Assembly: GCA_018817585.1 (NCBI GenBank)
Contig: JAHITE010000123.1
Span: forward strand, 1,280 to 65,279
Direction of reading: 5' to 3'
Length of the DNA: 64,000 bases
Source of the DNA: Candidatus Omnitrophota bacterium
GTDB taxonomy: Bacteria; Omnitrophota; Gorgyraeia; B26-G9
The position numbers were made by a program, and so were the translations under genes. The notes beneath the pieces are model-generated. The model saw only the letters and a program-made list of their open reading frames with translations, was not told where the DNA came from and made no database searches. Shown here in pieces: positions 1 through 10,921 of the stretch (positions are counted from its first letter, which is position 1; the number at the start of each line of letters is the position of its first letter).

Positions 1-169
1 TGCCAAAAACCGATATCTCGGCGCATTGGCGGTATTTTTCCACACTGAGCACAACATGTATATCAATAATGCTATTTAGATATTTCTCGAAACCCTCAAC
101 TTTTTTACTAACATATTCCTTTAACGCAGTGGTTATGTCAAAGTTGCGACTGCTGATTCTAAGTTCCAC
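1..169 (-). CDS. hpf: Ribosome hibernation promoting factor HPF/RaiA (runs off window start)
   Basis: Not in ORF track. Manual translation from GTG at 169 gives MELRISSRNFDITTALKEYVSKKVEGFEKYLNSIIDIHVVLSVEKYRQCAEISVFG; AGGAGG RBS at 177-182; lies downstream of lptB. Confidence 0.85.
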   Translation of the reverse strand, partial: MELRISSRNFDITTALKEYVSKKVEGFEKYLNSIIDIHVVLSVEKYRQCAEISVFG

Positions 170-241
170 TATTAATCCTCCTTTTTTTAATAACAATGCA
201 GTAATAATATCACTATTTAGGACAAACGTCAAGGATGTCCT

Positions 242-970
242 CTACATAGCAAAACCTTCTCCCAGATATATCTTTTTAGCCTCGGGATTATTGATAAGTT
301 CCTGAGCTGTTCCAGACAAAAGTATTCTGCCTTCAGTCATAATATAACTTCGATCTGTAATGCTTAAAGTTTCCCGTACATTATGATCTGTTAACAATAT
401 GCCTAAACCTTTTTTCTTTAAATCAGCAATGATCTGCTGCACTTCGAATACAGCAATCGGATCAACTCCGCTAAACGGTTCATCCAAAAGAATAAACGAA
501 GGATTGGTAACCAGACAGCGGGTTATCTCCAGGCGGCGGCGTTCTCCGCCAGAAAGTGTATAAGCCTTGCTTTTTGCCAACTGAGTCATTCTCAGCTCTT
601 CCAGCAGCTGTTCCAATCGCTGCTTTCTTTCTTTTTTAGAAATTTTCAGGGTTTCCAGAACAGCCATTATATTTTCTTCAACAGTTAATTTACGAAAAAT
701 CGAAGGATCCTGGGCTAAATAACCAATACCGCAGCGCGCTCGTTTATACATAGCCATATGGGTGATTTCTTTATTATCAAAAAATATTTTGCCTTTATCC
801 GGAGTAATTAGTCCAACAACCATATAAAAAGTAGTTGTCTTGCCCGCGCCATTGGGGCCAAGCAAACCCACGACTTCCGCTCGATGAATATTTATACTTA
901 CCTGATTAACAATCTGTCTTTTTTTGTATGATTTACAGATTAATTCAGTTCTTAAAAGATGCTCTTCCAT
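242..970 (-). CDS. lptB: LPS export ABC transporter ATP-binding protein
   Basis: GPNGAGKTTTFYM Walker A, LSGGERRRLEI signature, LLDEPFSGVDPI, TDHNVRETL, C-terminal YLGEGF. Confidence 0.95.
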   Translation of the reverse strand: MEEHLLRTELICKSYKKRQIVNQVSINIHRAEVVGLLGPNGAGKTTTFYMVVGLITPDKGKIFFDNKEITHMAMYKRARCGIGYLAQDPSIFRKLTVEENIMAVLETLKISKKERKQRLEQLLEELRMTQLAKSKAYTLSGGERRRLEITRCLVTNPSFILLDEPFSGVDPIAVFEVQQIIADLKKKGLGILLTDHNVRETLSITDRSYIMTEGRILLSGTAQELINNPEAKKIYLGEGFAM

Positions 971-984
971 GATCTCAATTCCTA

Positions 985-1500
985 TTATGAATACTTTTTA
1001 ACTAAATCATCCCATTTATTCTGAGCTTTGAGAATAAACTCAATTGCTTCTCTGACCGCTCCATATCCCGCGTCTTTAGCGGTAACATAATCAACACAAT
1101 GCTGAATATCATCACAAGCCTGCGGTACTGTCACGGCAAATCCCGCGACATTCAACACCGCCAAATCAAGCAGATCATCACCAATATAACACGCTTGCTC
1201 AGATTTTAGCTTATATTTTTTAAGAATTTTATTAAAAACGATTAATTTCTTATCGGTTTTCTGACAAACCATATTAATCTTTAATTCTTTGGCTCTTCTT
1301 TGCACAGCTTTAGAAGTTTTGCTGGTAATAATCGCTGATTTAATTCCCGCTTTGGACAAAAGAACAAAACCAAATCCGTCCTGCACATGAAATCTCCGAT
1401 AATCATCGTTATAATTACCATAGCCAATAGTGCCGTCGGTAAGAACGCCGTCAACATCGACAATTACGATTTTTATTTTTTTTGCTTTTTTTGTTTTCAT
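985..1500 (-). CDS. kdsC: Kdo 8-phosphate phosphatase (HAD)
   Basis: DVDGVLTDG, YIGDDLLD, GYGAVRE motifs; kds context. Confidence 0.93.
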   Translation of the reverse strand: MKTKKAKKIKIVIVDVDGVLTDGTIGYGNYNDDYRRFHVQDGFGFVLLSKAGIKSAIITSKTSKAVQRRAKELKINMVCQKTDKKLIVFNKILKKYKLKSEQACYIGDDLLDLAVLNVAGFAVTVPQACDDIQHCVDYVTAKDAGYGAVREAIEFILKAQNKWDDLVKKYS

Positions 1501-2465
1501 ACTACCCCGGCTTTAAGTAAGTCCTGAACATCCAGCAGCCCCACCGGATGTTTATTTTCATCAACAACCGGGATTTCATCAATTTTCTTTTCTTTAAAAG
1601 TTTTCAGAGCTTCCGCGGCAAGTTTATTTTTAAAAATAGTTGTCGGATTTTTAGTCATCACTTTCGATACAGGACAAGCCAGAATGTCAGATTCGGTTTC
1701 AATATGTCTTCTTAAATCGCCGTCAGTAAAAATCCCCACGACTTTTTTATTTTTATCAATAATTGTCGCGCAGCCTGCCCGCGATTTCGTAATCTGCAAT
1801 AAAACAGTTTTCACTTTATCTGACTGGAGAACAATTGGATTTTGCGCGCCTTTGCGCATCAGATCTTTTACTGTTAACAGTTTTTTGCCCAGACTTCCGC
1901 CAGGATGATAAAAAGCATAATCCTCGATTTTAAAACCTTTTTTTTCCAAAACCGCCACAGCTAAAGCATCGCCCATAGCTAAAGTAGCGGTAGTACTGGC
2001 AGTCGGCGCGAGATTAAACGGACAAGCTTCTTTTTTAACCCCCACATTCAAAACAACATCACTATATTCGGCAAGCACTGATTTCATATTTCCGGTAAAA
2101 CCAATTAACCGCACTCCGATCTTTTTAATAATCGGCAGCAATTTTGTCATTTCCTCGGTTTGGCCGCTATTGGATATGGCAATCACAATATCATCTTTTG
2201 TCACCCTGCCCAGATCGCCATGCACTGCTTCTCCAGGATGCAAAAACAAACTGGGAATCCCCAGGCTGGCCATGGTTGCTGATATTTTAATACCAATCAG
2301 TCCCGGTTTACCCATGCCGGTAATTACAACTCTACCCTTGCAATCAGCAATTAAATTTACAGCCTGATCAAAATTCTTATTAATTCTAGGGATTAAATCA
2401 ATTATCGCTTTTGCTTCAATTCTTAAAACTTGCCGAGCGATTTTTTGAAACATTGTATCAGACAT
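1497..2465 (-). CDS. kdsD: Arabinose-5-phosphate isomerase KdsD/KpsF/GutQ (SIS + 2 CBS)
   Basis: GMGKPG, EAVHGDLG, APTASTTATLAMGDALA, HPGGSLG, GIFTDGDLRR. Confidence 0.95.
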   Translation of the reverse strand: MSDTMFQKIARQVLRIEAKAIIDLIPRINKNFDQAVNLIADCKGRVVITGMGKPGLIGIKISATMASLGIPSLFLHPGEAVHGDLGRVTKDDIVIAISNSGQTEEMTKLLPIIKKIGVRLIGFTGNMKSVLAEYSDVVLNVGVKKEACPFNLAPTASTTATLAMGDALAVAVLEKKGFKIEDYAFYHPGGSLGKKLLTVKDLMRKGAQNPIVLQSDKVKTVLLQITKSRAGCATIIDKNKKVVGIFTDGDLRRHIETESDILACPVSKVMTKNPTTIFKNKLAAEALKTFKEKKIDEIPVVDENKHPVGLLDVQDLLKAGVV

Positions 2466-3270
2466 TTACAATCTCCCATATTTTTTTCGCCTTTATCAAT
2501 AATTTTTCCAGGTTTTTTACTGCCAGCATATTTGGACCATCACACTTGGCCTTATCCGGATTAACATGCACCTCCAGAAAAAGCGCGTTTGCTCCAGCGG
2601 CTATAGAACTAAGCGATAATGTTTCCACAAATTCCCGCTGCCCCAATGATTTCCCTTTACCAGCTCCTGGCAGCTGCACACTGTGAGTGGCGTCAAAAAC
2701 AACCGGATAACCAAATCTACGCATGATTGGCATTGAACGCATATCACTGACCAGATTATTATAACCAAAAGTATTGCCCCGCTCAGTAATAATAATCTTG
2801 CAATTACCCCTGCTTTTAATTTTATTCGCGGCATTTTCCATGTCTTGAGGCGCCATAAACTGCCCTTTTTTAACATTAACTATTTTTTGCGATTTAGCCG
2901 CGGCCACTAAGATATCAGTCTGGCGGGAAAGTAATGCTGGAATCTGAATAACATCAACCACTTGTTTGGCCTGAGCAACCTCAGCCGCATTATGAATATC
3001 AGTGATCACCGAAACTTTTATTTGTTGTTTGACTTTTTTAAGAATCTCGAGTCCGGATTTTATTCCCGGGCCGCGATAAGATTGCACTGAAGTCCGATTG
3101 GCCTTATCATAACTAGCTTTAAAAATAAAGGGAATCTCCAGTTTTGCGCACATGGTTTTCAATAAATCCGCGTGTTCTAAAGCCATTTTTTCAGATTCAA
3201 TAACACACGGTCCGGCAATAAGAAAAAAAGGGTACTTATTCTTTTTTTTGTTTGATTTAAAATCAAACAT
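2458..3270 (-). CDS. kdsA: Kdo 8-phosphate synthase
   Basis: IAGPCVIES, KASYDKANRTS, NVKKGQF, FDATHSVQLPG, KCDGPN; start uncertain (ORF open to 3318, ATG at 3270 plausible). Confidence 0.95.
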   Translation of the reverse strand: MFDFKSNKKKNKYPFFLIAGPCVIESEKMALEHADLLKTMCAKLEIPFIFKASYDKANRTSVQSYRGPGIKSGLEILKKVKQQIKVSVITDIHNAAEVAQAKQVVDVIQIPALLSRQTDILVAAAKSQKIVNVKKGQFMAPQDMENAANKIKSRGNCKIIITERGNTFGYNNLVSDMRSMPIMRRFGYPVVFDATHSVQLPGAGKGKSLGQREFVETLSLSSIAAGANALFLEVHVNPDKAKCDGPNMLAVKNLEKLLIKAKKIWEIVNV

Positions 3271-3455
3271 CGTTTCTGGAAATTTTTTCATATACTCTGA
3301 GTTTATCCTAAAGTACAAAAAATTAAAAATTAAGTAATCTACGGAAAGATATTTCCCTTTGAATTAACGCGGAACAACAGCATTATGTTTATTAAATAAC
3401 TACTATAGTTTACAGCATAAGACTGATTAATTCAAGAAAAAACTGACAAACAAAT

Positions 3456-3500
3456 ATAAGAGAAACCTCCTGCTTTTAAAAAGCAGGAGGTTTCTCTTAT
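3456..3500 (-). terminator. Long perfect hairpin downstream of giant repeat gene
   Basis: ATAAGAGAAACCTCCTGCTTT-TAA-AAAGCAGGAGGTTTCTCTTAT, 21-bp inverted repeat. Confidence 0.8.
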
Positions 3501-3538
3501 TCAATTATAACCCTTAGAATTAAAGTACATTACATCTA

Positions 3539-6500
3539 TTAACCATTTGATGTTGTTCTAGTCAAGAATCCATTAGGATCATAGTAGAAAATTCCTGACA
3601 AAACACCTTGAGCATTGTAGGAGAAATTCTGTCTTCCACTAACATCAAAGGTAACTGAAGAAGTGATTGCACCTTCATTGTAGTTAACAGATTTCAACAT
3701 AAATCCATTCTTATCATAAGAATACTTAGATTGTAATGCGCCCTGAATAAATGAACCGTCAGCTTGTTTGGTCATTAAATATGATTCTGTCTGTTGTCCA
3801 TACTTGTTAAAGTATGTTCTGGTTGTCTCAGAAGTCCAAGTACCAGAAGGAATCGGGTCACCCTGATCATTATATGCCTTCATCACGGCAAAGCTGGTTG
3901 TATAGTGTAAGAATCCTTGAGCAGAGTAGGTATACTGCTGAACAAGCGCGGAATTTCCTTCTGGCGTATGATTCCATACCTGATTAGGTCTGGAATAAAC
4001 ATCATAAGTAATATGACTGACCAAGCTGCCTTCTCGCCCATAACTATTGGTCTGGTCTATGCCGCCATAGATATTATAGATGTTTTCCTGGTTCTTAAAT
4101 CCGCCGCCTTCAGCAATAGAACCATCAGCATTCACAGAATAATTAGCTACAGCATTCGCATTATAGTCAGCTCCTTGCGGATCAGTACTTTGCGCGTACT
4201 GATAGCCATCTTTAGTACTAACCCCGGTAAACAGCTGATAAGTAGCAGTTGCTTTTGAGTAAACATCAAAGGTTGTATATGAAGTTTGCACACCATTATT
4301 ATAGTTTACTGTCTGAGCTAATTGACCTCTATCATTATAGTAGTATTGGGTTGTTGTTACTCCTTTGAAGTTCTGAGACTCGGTTGGTCTACCGGTATTA
4401 TCATATATCAGGGATCCAGTAACAGCTTTATCTTCACCATAGTTAGTGGTTTTAGCAATAAAACCGTTTGAAGTATAGTAATTTTTCGATGTCTGAACCC
4501 CAACCTGATTATAGGTTGTTTCCGGACGTCCGTATTTATTATATACGCTGGTTCCTGTGTATACAGAAACATCATCAGAGGTATCAGTTGCCGTACCATT
4601 TGTATTCATTGAATACATTACCGCGCCGGTAACAAACCCAGTATTCGATGATCCAGAGAATTCAGATTTCCCATCCCATTCTGTACTATAAACAAATACC
4701 TGAGACACTGATGCGACTCCATTGTAAACAGAATAAGATGATACTGGTCTGCTCTTGCTGTCATATTCAGTATATCCAACTACCTGATAATAACCATGCT
4801 CAGTAACTCCCGCGGCATTAGTTACATCAACTGCCCATTGGCCAGTAGCAGCAGCATCTTCCTGAAACGCGAGATTTGTGGATTTAATCATAAATCCTGC
4901 GTCATTATACTCAAAACTGCTTACTACATAACCTTCAGCATTATTGGTATGAGTTTGTTTTCCATAATCATTATAATAGGTTGTTCCAGTTACCGGACCT
5001 TTAGCTTCAGTGCCTGGATCACCATATGATGTACTGCTTGCCAGAAAACCATTATCATTATACTGAAAATCCTGAACAATCGCGTTTCTTTCATTATAAG
5101 CTGCTACTGGTCTGCCGTATTCATTAAAAACGGTTTTACCTGTATAGCTATTGTTAATCCCATAATTGTTTGTTTGGCTCATGAATCCAGCACGAGAATA
5201 TACAAATGCCGTTGTCTTTTCACCAAGTTCATTAAAGGATTTTTCCTGCTGACCATATTTATTAAATGTTGTGTATCCAGAAACCTCATTATTATCTCCA
5301 TAACTAACCGTCGCTGTTAAAAATCCAGTATTAGCTGCCTGACCAACTAGTCCAAGAGTACTTGTTTCACTGGAAGCATCTGTATTGTATATAAAATCCT
5401 GGACTTTTGTAGCTGTTCCTGATTCAGAAACAGTATAAGAACCAACTGGTCTACCCGCGCCATTATATTCTGTATATCCAGTTAAAACTTCATTATTACC
5501 ATAACTGTTTGCCTGAGTCATAAAGCCTTGCGTATCATACGCGTAATCAGCTACTTTTGCTCCGACTTCATTAGTCTGGTTAACAGCCTTACCATAAGCA
5601 TCATAAGTTGTTATTCCGGTTAAAGTCGGTGCCATTGCTCCATTCTGAAGACTTGGTTCACCATAAGTATTGCTTGATTCCATAGATCCGGTAAACGCGT
5701 TATAATTAAAATTCTGGACTAATGTTCTCCGATTATTATAACTTTCTTCCGGACGGCCAAGATCATTAAAAACAGTACTACCTGTGCTAGCATTATCTAG
5801 TCCGTAATTGTACGCTACATCCATGAAACCTTGACTTGAATAACGATACTTTGTTGTTGTTTCCCCAAATTCATTTTTAGAAATAAGCTGTCTTCCATAT
5901 TTGTCAAATTCTGTGCTTCCGGTAACAACTCCATCTTTTCCATAGTTACTTGTGCTAGTCAAGAATCCCTGTTGATAGACATATGTCTGGATAAGCGCTC
6001 CTTGACCTTCCCCTTGAGTATCCCAATAACACTGATATTACTCTATCGGACGAGAATTATCATTAAACAAGGTATATCCGGTTACAGCATAAAAACCGCG
6101 CTGACTATCGCCGTTTGTCGAATCAGAAAGATCATTCAGATTATTATGAACAGCATTAACTGCCACTGAATCAGCTGCATAGCCTATCTCAGCAGTTGAA
6201 TCGGTTGTAGTATCTGCGACAAATGCCAATGATGTTGTTTTGGTCATAAATCCCTGAGAGTCGTATTCATAAGCAGATACAGTAATCCCCATATCATTTT
6301 CGCCTCTTAGCGCTTTACCATAACCATCGTATATTGTCTTTCCAGTCTTAGCCTGATTTTCCCCATAACTGGTACTTGCCTCTAAGAATCCGTATTGATT
6401 ATACTCAAATGTCTGAGTTAATCCCTTTAAACCAGTACCGCTTGAGGCCATATTAAAAGCTTCAGTCGGCCTGCCCATTTTATTAAACACGGTTTTTCCA

Positions 6501-9500
6501 GTATACGCGCCCTGCAGCCCATAGTTATTTGTCTGTTTAAGGAAACCTTGATTTGAATACACATATTTGGAGACAACAGCGTTGTCTTCATTATAAGTGA
6601 CGTTTTGTCTGCCATAATCATCAAATATTGTTTTTCCATTATCCACACCATTACGACCAAAGTTATTAGTCTGAACCATGAACCCATCTTTGTATACATA
6701 TTCCTGAACTTTTGCCGACTGCTGTCCGTTAACGCCGTCATTATAAACAGAATATGTAGCAACTGGTTTGGACTTTTCATTAAATTCCGTGTACCCAGTC
6801 AGAATAGTATTTACTGTAGACACTCCATCAACAGTAGTAACCATAATGTTACCATTTTCGTCTGTTTGCGCGCCATAGGACTCAGACTTTGTCATAAAAC
6901 CACGTTCATTATAGGCATATTGCTGAATTGTTACACCTTCCGCATTATCTACAGAAGTAGCTTTGCCATATTTATCATATTCAGTTTTACCTGTATATGT
7001 TGGCATATATTTAGCAGTTGCTGAAGTTGTTGATTTAGCAAACGCAATTAAATCTGTTCTATCAACATCACCATCTGAATCATAATCAAAACTAGCAACA
7101 TAATTAGCATCACCGGTAACTGATTTATAAGCAGCGCTAAAAGCAGTTGAACCGCTAAAAGAATCCTCAAACAAAGCCTGATCAGTCGCGTCAACAGCTC
7201 CGTCATCATTAAAATCAAAATCAGTAGAATAAGTTCTATCTCCTCTGACTGATCCAAGGGCCTCACTAAATTTATCCAATTTAGCAAGATCTACTACTGT
7301 TGCCTCGCCCCAAGTCATACTTGATTCAAGAAAACCATCATCGCCATAAACAAATGTTTGAGTTACCCCTTTTAAGTATGGCTGCCAAGCTGGATTATCC
7401 AGATCAGCTGAAGTTAATCCTTCGGAAAGAGCTGAAACAAGATCATCAGGAAGAGCAACTGCTTTAGAACCATAATTATTAAACGCGGCAACTGGTCTTG
7501 AAAAATTATCAAAAACAGTAAACCCGGTAACTCTTTTATTCGCTCCATAAGAAACTGTACTCGAAAGGAATCCGCCTGCAGAATAGTTATATTTTTGAAC
7601 TACTTGATCTGTTTCCCCAAGCGCTTCATCTCCTTTATTATAAGATTCGTTTTGTCGTCCATAGCTATCAAAAGTAGTATATCCAGTAACCGCCTGTTGA
7701 TCTTTATTCTCGCCACTAGTAGCAATTACGCCATCTCCATTTGAATCATAAAAATCACCAAAGGTTGTTGTTTTCTGAACAAAATTTGAATAATTTGTTG
7801 ATGTAACATTCACATAAATTGCTCTGCCATTGGCATCCACTTCACCAGTAGCTTGTTTTTCTGTTTTTTCATAAGAATATGAGAATCCCTGGGTTTTTGC
7901 GGTCTGAATACCCAAACTTGCCCCATTATCATCAAATCCCTCATACATTGAGTAAGAAGCCATTGGTTTGCCATCTCCGCCAAAAACAGTATAGCCTGTT
8001 ACTGTAGGAAGATTAACTGTTGGCAGATCCAGATCCCCAACAGGACGATCCGCGGAATTAGAAAGCTGCGCAACAGACCAATCAGTTACGTTTTCTACTG
8101 CTGTTCCCGCTGCATTCCAAGCCTGCGCTCCGCCAAATTCAGAAACCTGAACTTTATAAGCAGAAATAGCCGCACTGGAGTTTCCGTCTTGTTCTAAAGA
8201 CTGACCAAGCATATGATACGCAGTACCAACACTGTTGATTAAATATTCATTACCGCCTTTTGCTCCGTCACTAAACCACATAATTATTGTTAACGCGACC
8301 TTTTTAGTTAATTCAGCATCTCCTGAATTCCAAGCATTCCACATTGCGGACACAAAAGCACTGTCACTGAGATTTCCACCAGTAGCAGCAATAGCTTCTC
8401 CTGTATATGCCGGATCCCACAATGCTAAAATTGCTTCCTGATCAGCCATGGTTGAGGCAATAGATTCATTGACCCCTTCTGCCGCACTCATGGTAAAGCT
8501 TTGAACAAGCATCCCGCATTCATCATATACATATTTTTGCACTAAGCTTCCAGTGTGATTATAAACATCTGTTGGCTTACCCTTATCATTATATAATGTG
8601 GAACCGGTTGTAACTCCGTTTTCTCCGAGATTCTTTGTTTCGGTTAAGAATCCGTCCGCATTATAAATAAACAATTGGCTTCCTGAGCCTTGAGCATTGC
8701 TAGCAGTAGTTGGTCGGCTTAAACGATCAAATGTTGTCGTACCAGTAGTTTTACCACCAAAACCATAACTAACTGTTTGCGCAAGAAAACCATTGCTGTT
8801 ATATTTATACTCCTGTTGTTTTTCCATCACAGGATTACTGTCCGCATCCACAACAATATTACCCAAATCATCACGCACCAAAGCATAAACAGCTTCTGGT
8901 CTGCCTTTTTTGTCATATTCAGTTTTAGAAGTTGTAATGTACTGAAAATTACCACTTGCGTCTAAAACTGCCTCGCCATAAGCTACATCATTTTCATCAG
9001 TATTTCTAATAATACCCAGCGAATATGTGCTCTCTAATGTCCCGTTTGCTTTATACGCGTATTCCTGAATTTTTACTTTATTCCCGCCATCACCTAACTG
9101 CCAAACCTCATCCGGACGGCCTTGCCCGTCAAAAAGCGTCATCGAAGTTCTTGCCTGAGAGCCCAAAGAATTGATCGCGCCCAAAGAAAATGTCTGCTGT
9201 AAAAAGCCATGCTCATTATATTGATATTCCTGAACTTTGACTCCAACATGATTATATGTTCCGGAAACCTGTCCATACTCATTATAATCGGTCCAGCCAG
9301 TAACAATACCTTCTTCTCCTAAATTAGTAATTGAAGTGATATTATTCGCGGCGTCATAATTATAAGCACCGATTGGCACCAAATGATCAACTACTGTTTC
9401 CCCGGTTAAAGGATCAATAACTTCATTACCATCAGCATCAACTTGATTAACAACATCAAAAATAGTGGTATAATATCCATTAACCACTTCCGTGATTTGA

Positions 9501-10315
9501 TTTGAAATCACATCAGTAACTGAAACCAAGATCTCATTAGAATCATACTGAAATGTTTTAGTAATTGTACCCTCAAGATTTGTTACATAGGAAGGACGAA
9601 TACCGTCTTGTTCAAAATGAGTTGTATTCCCGTTCTGATCAATAAATGTTTCCAATATTCCTTTTGAATTATAAGTATAGTCCCCAACCTGCACAGCAGT
9701 TCCGTCCATATTTGTATACATAATATAATCAGGACGCTGATTAGAGTCGTATATTGTTTTATTTCCCCATTGATCAGTAGAGCTTACCATTATTTCAACG
9801 CCATTTTTATCCAAACCATATTCATACGTAATTAAACCTTGTGCTGACGTGGATAATAACTGGCCATATTGGCTATATTGTCTTGTTTCAACAAGCGCGC
9901 CATTTTCATTATAAAGCTTAACAGTCGCGCCATCAAGTTCATACTTATAAGTTAAACTTTCACCGGTTTCGTCATTTTTAACTTTAATAGTTGCTCCGTT
10001 TAAAGTATAACTAACCTCAGTATAACCTTCCGCGGTTTTACTTACCTGAGCCGAAGCCCCTTCTCCCGAGTAAATATAAAGATCACCATTGGAAGTGGTA
10101 ATTACCTTTGGGGGAGGCGCTACTTGCTGATTCAGATCAGCTGATTCACTTTGGTCTGCAACCTGACCGCCAAATACCCCTTGAATTACTTCCTGGGACA
10201 TTAGCATGTCTTCCATTGCAGTTATATCAAAAGCAAACGCGAGATTCATGGTTGTCACATTAACAATAAAACAAACAAGCACTAAATAACTATAAAAACG
10301 AATATATTTGTTCAT
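3539..10315 (-). pseudogene. Giant secreted YD-like repeat protein (~2258 codons) interrupted by a single in-frame TAA at 6038-6040
   Basis: The 1425-aa and 807-aa ORFs share a frame. The 25 intervening codons read ..SRPIE*YQCYWDTQGEGQGALIQTYVYQQGF LTSTSNYG.., continuing the repeat. N-terminal signal peptide; ~46-aa repeat TGxTxYDxxGRPxxxYNxxGxxVQxYxYNxxGFLxxTxSYG. Pseudogene vs sequencing error vs two-chain product cannot be resolved. Confidence 0.75.
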
Positions 10316-10428
10316 GACTGCTCTCCTTTCATAATTTTAAAATTATAAGTTGAAATAAAAAAGTGATAATCAGAATTTAATATTATAGTAATATGATTAA
10401 ATAATAATATCGTAAAATTTTTAGCCAT
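10312..10428 (-). CDS. Putative 38-aa leader uORF coupled to giant gene
   Basis: MAKNFTILLFNHITIILNSDYHFFISTYNFKIMKGEQS*; preceded by GGGAAAGGAGGGAG; its TGA overlaps the giant gene ATG (ATGA). Confidence 0.45.
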   Translation of the reverse strand: MAKNFTILLFNHITIILNSDYHFFISTYNFKIMKGEQS

Positions 10429-10491
10429 CTAACAAACTCCCTCCTTTCCCTTTTATTTTTATAGACAAAATAATAGCCAAACTGCTTAATT

Positions 10492-10648
10492 TTCGTCAGC
10501 CCGGCTGTCATAGCTTATAGTCGCGTTGTCGGTGCGCTCGGCGATCATTGCTTCAGCTTTAGACCCGTAGCTTTGCCCCAGCTTTACTAGCCAGGTCCCG
10601 CCGCATTTTGGCGGGAGTCCCCATCTTTCAATGAGTTTGCCTTTTCGG
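10492..10648 (-). ncRNA. Cyclic di-GMP-I (GEMM) riboswitch, variant with insertion
   Basis: Minus strand: AAAGGCAAACTCATT-GAAA-GATGGGGAC [40-nt insert] GCAAAGCTACGGGTCTAAAGCT...AGCTATGACAGCCGGGCTGACGA matches GEMM landmarks (GGCAAAC, GAAA tetraloop, GGGAC-GCAAAG, CTAA..TATG receptor). Confidence 0.75.
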
Positions 10649-10921
10649 ATTACTCCAAAAAACTAAACTTATGAAAAGTCTTTAATTGTAGACATAATAA
10701 TTAATATTTATAAAAGACTAATCATTTAGCATCTCAGAGCTTAATTTGCGGATACAAATAGACTTAGATTTAGAGGACTGTTTTTTTCGAGGATAATAAA
10801 TTCGTATTTGGATAAAAATAGGGTTACAAGTATAAATATTTTATTTTGTTCCCTCTACGAAACAATCCAGTCCCTCTTGACCATTGCCATACACAAATTG
10901 GCGCTCTTTTACTTCTAATTA

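Noticed and set aside
3498-3538. Short frame-shifted peptide IDVMYFNSKGYN after the giant gene stop resembling a repeat unit
   Set aside because: Only 12 codons in AT-rich DNA; tandem TAA TAG and a strong hairpin support the annotated end
6038-6040. Genetic-code reassignment or Sec/Pyl recoding at the in-frame stop
   Set aside because: The codon is TAA, not TGA/TAG, and TAA terminates many normal genes in this window
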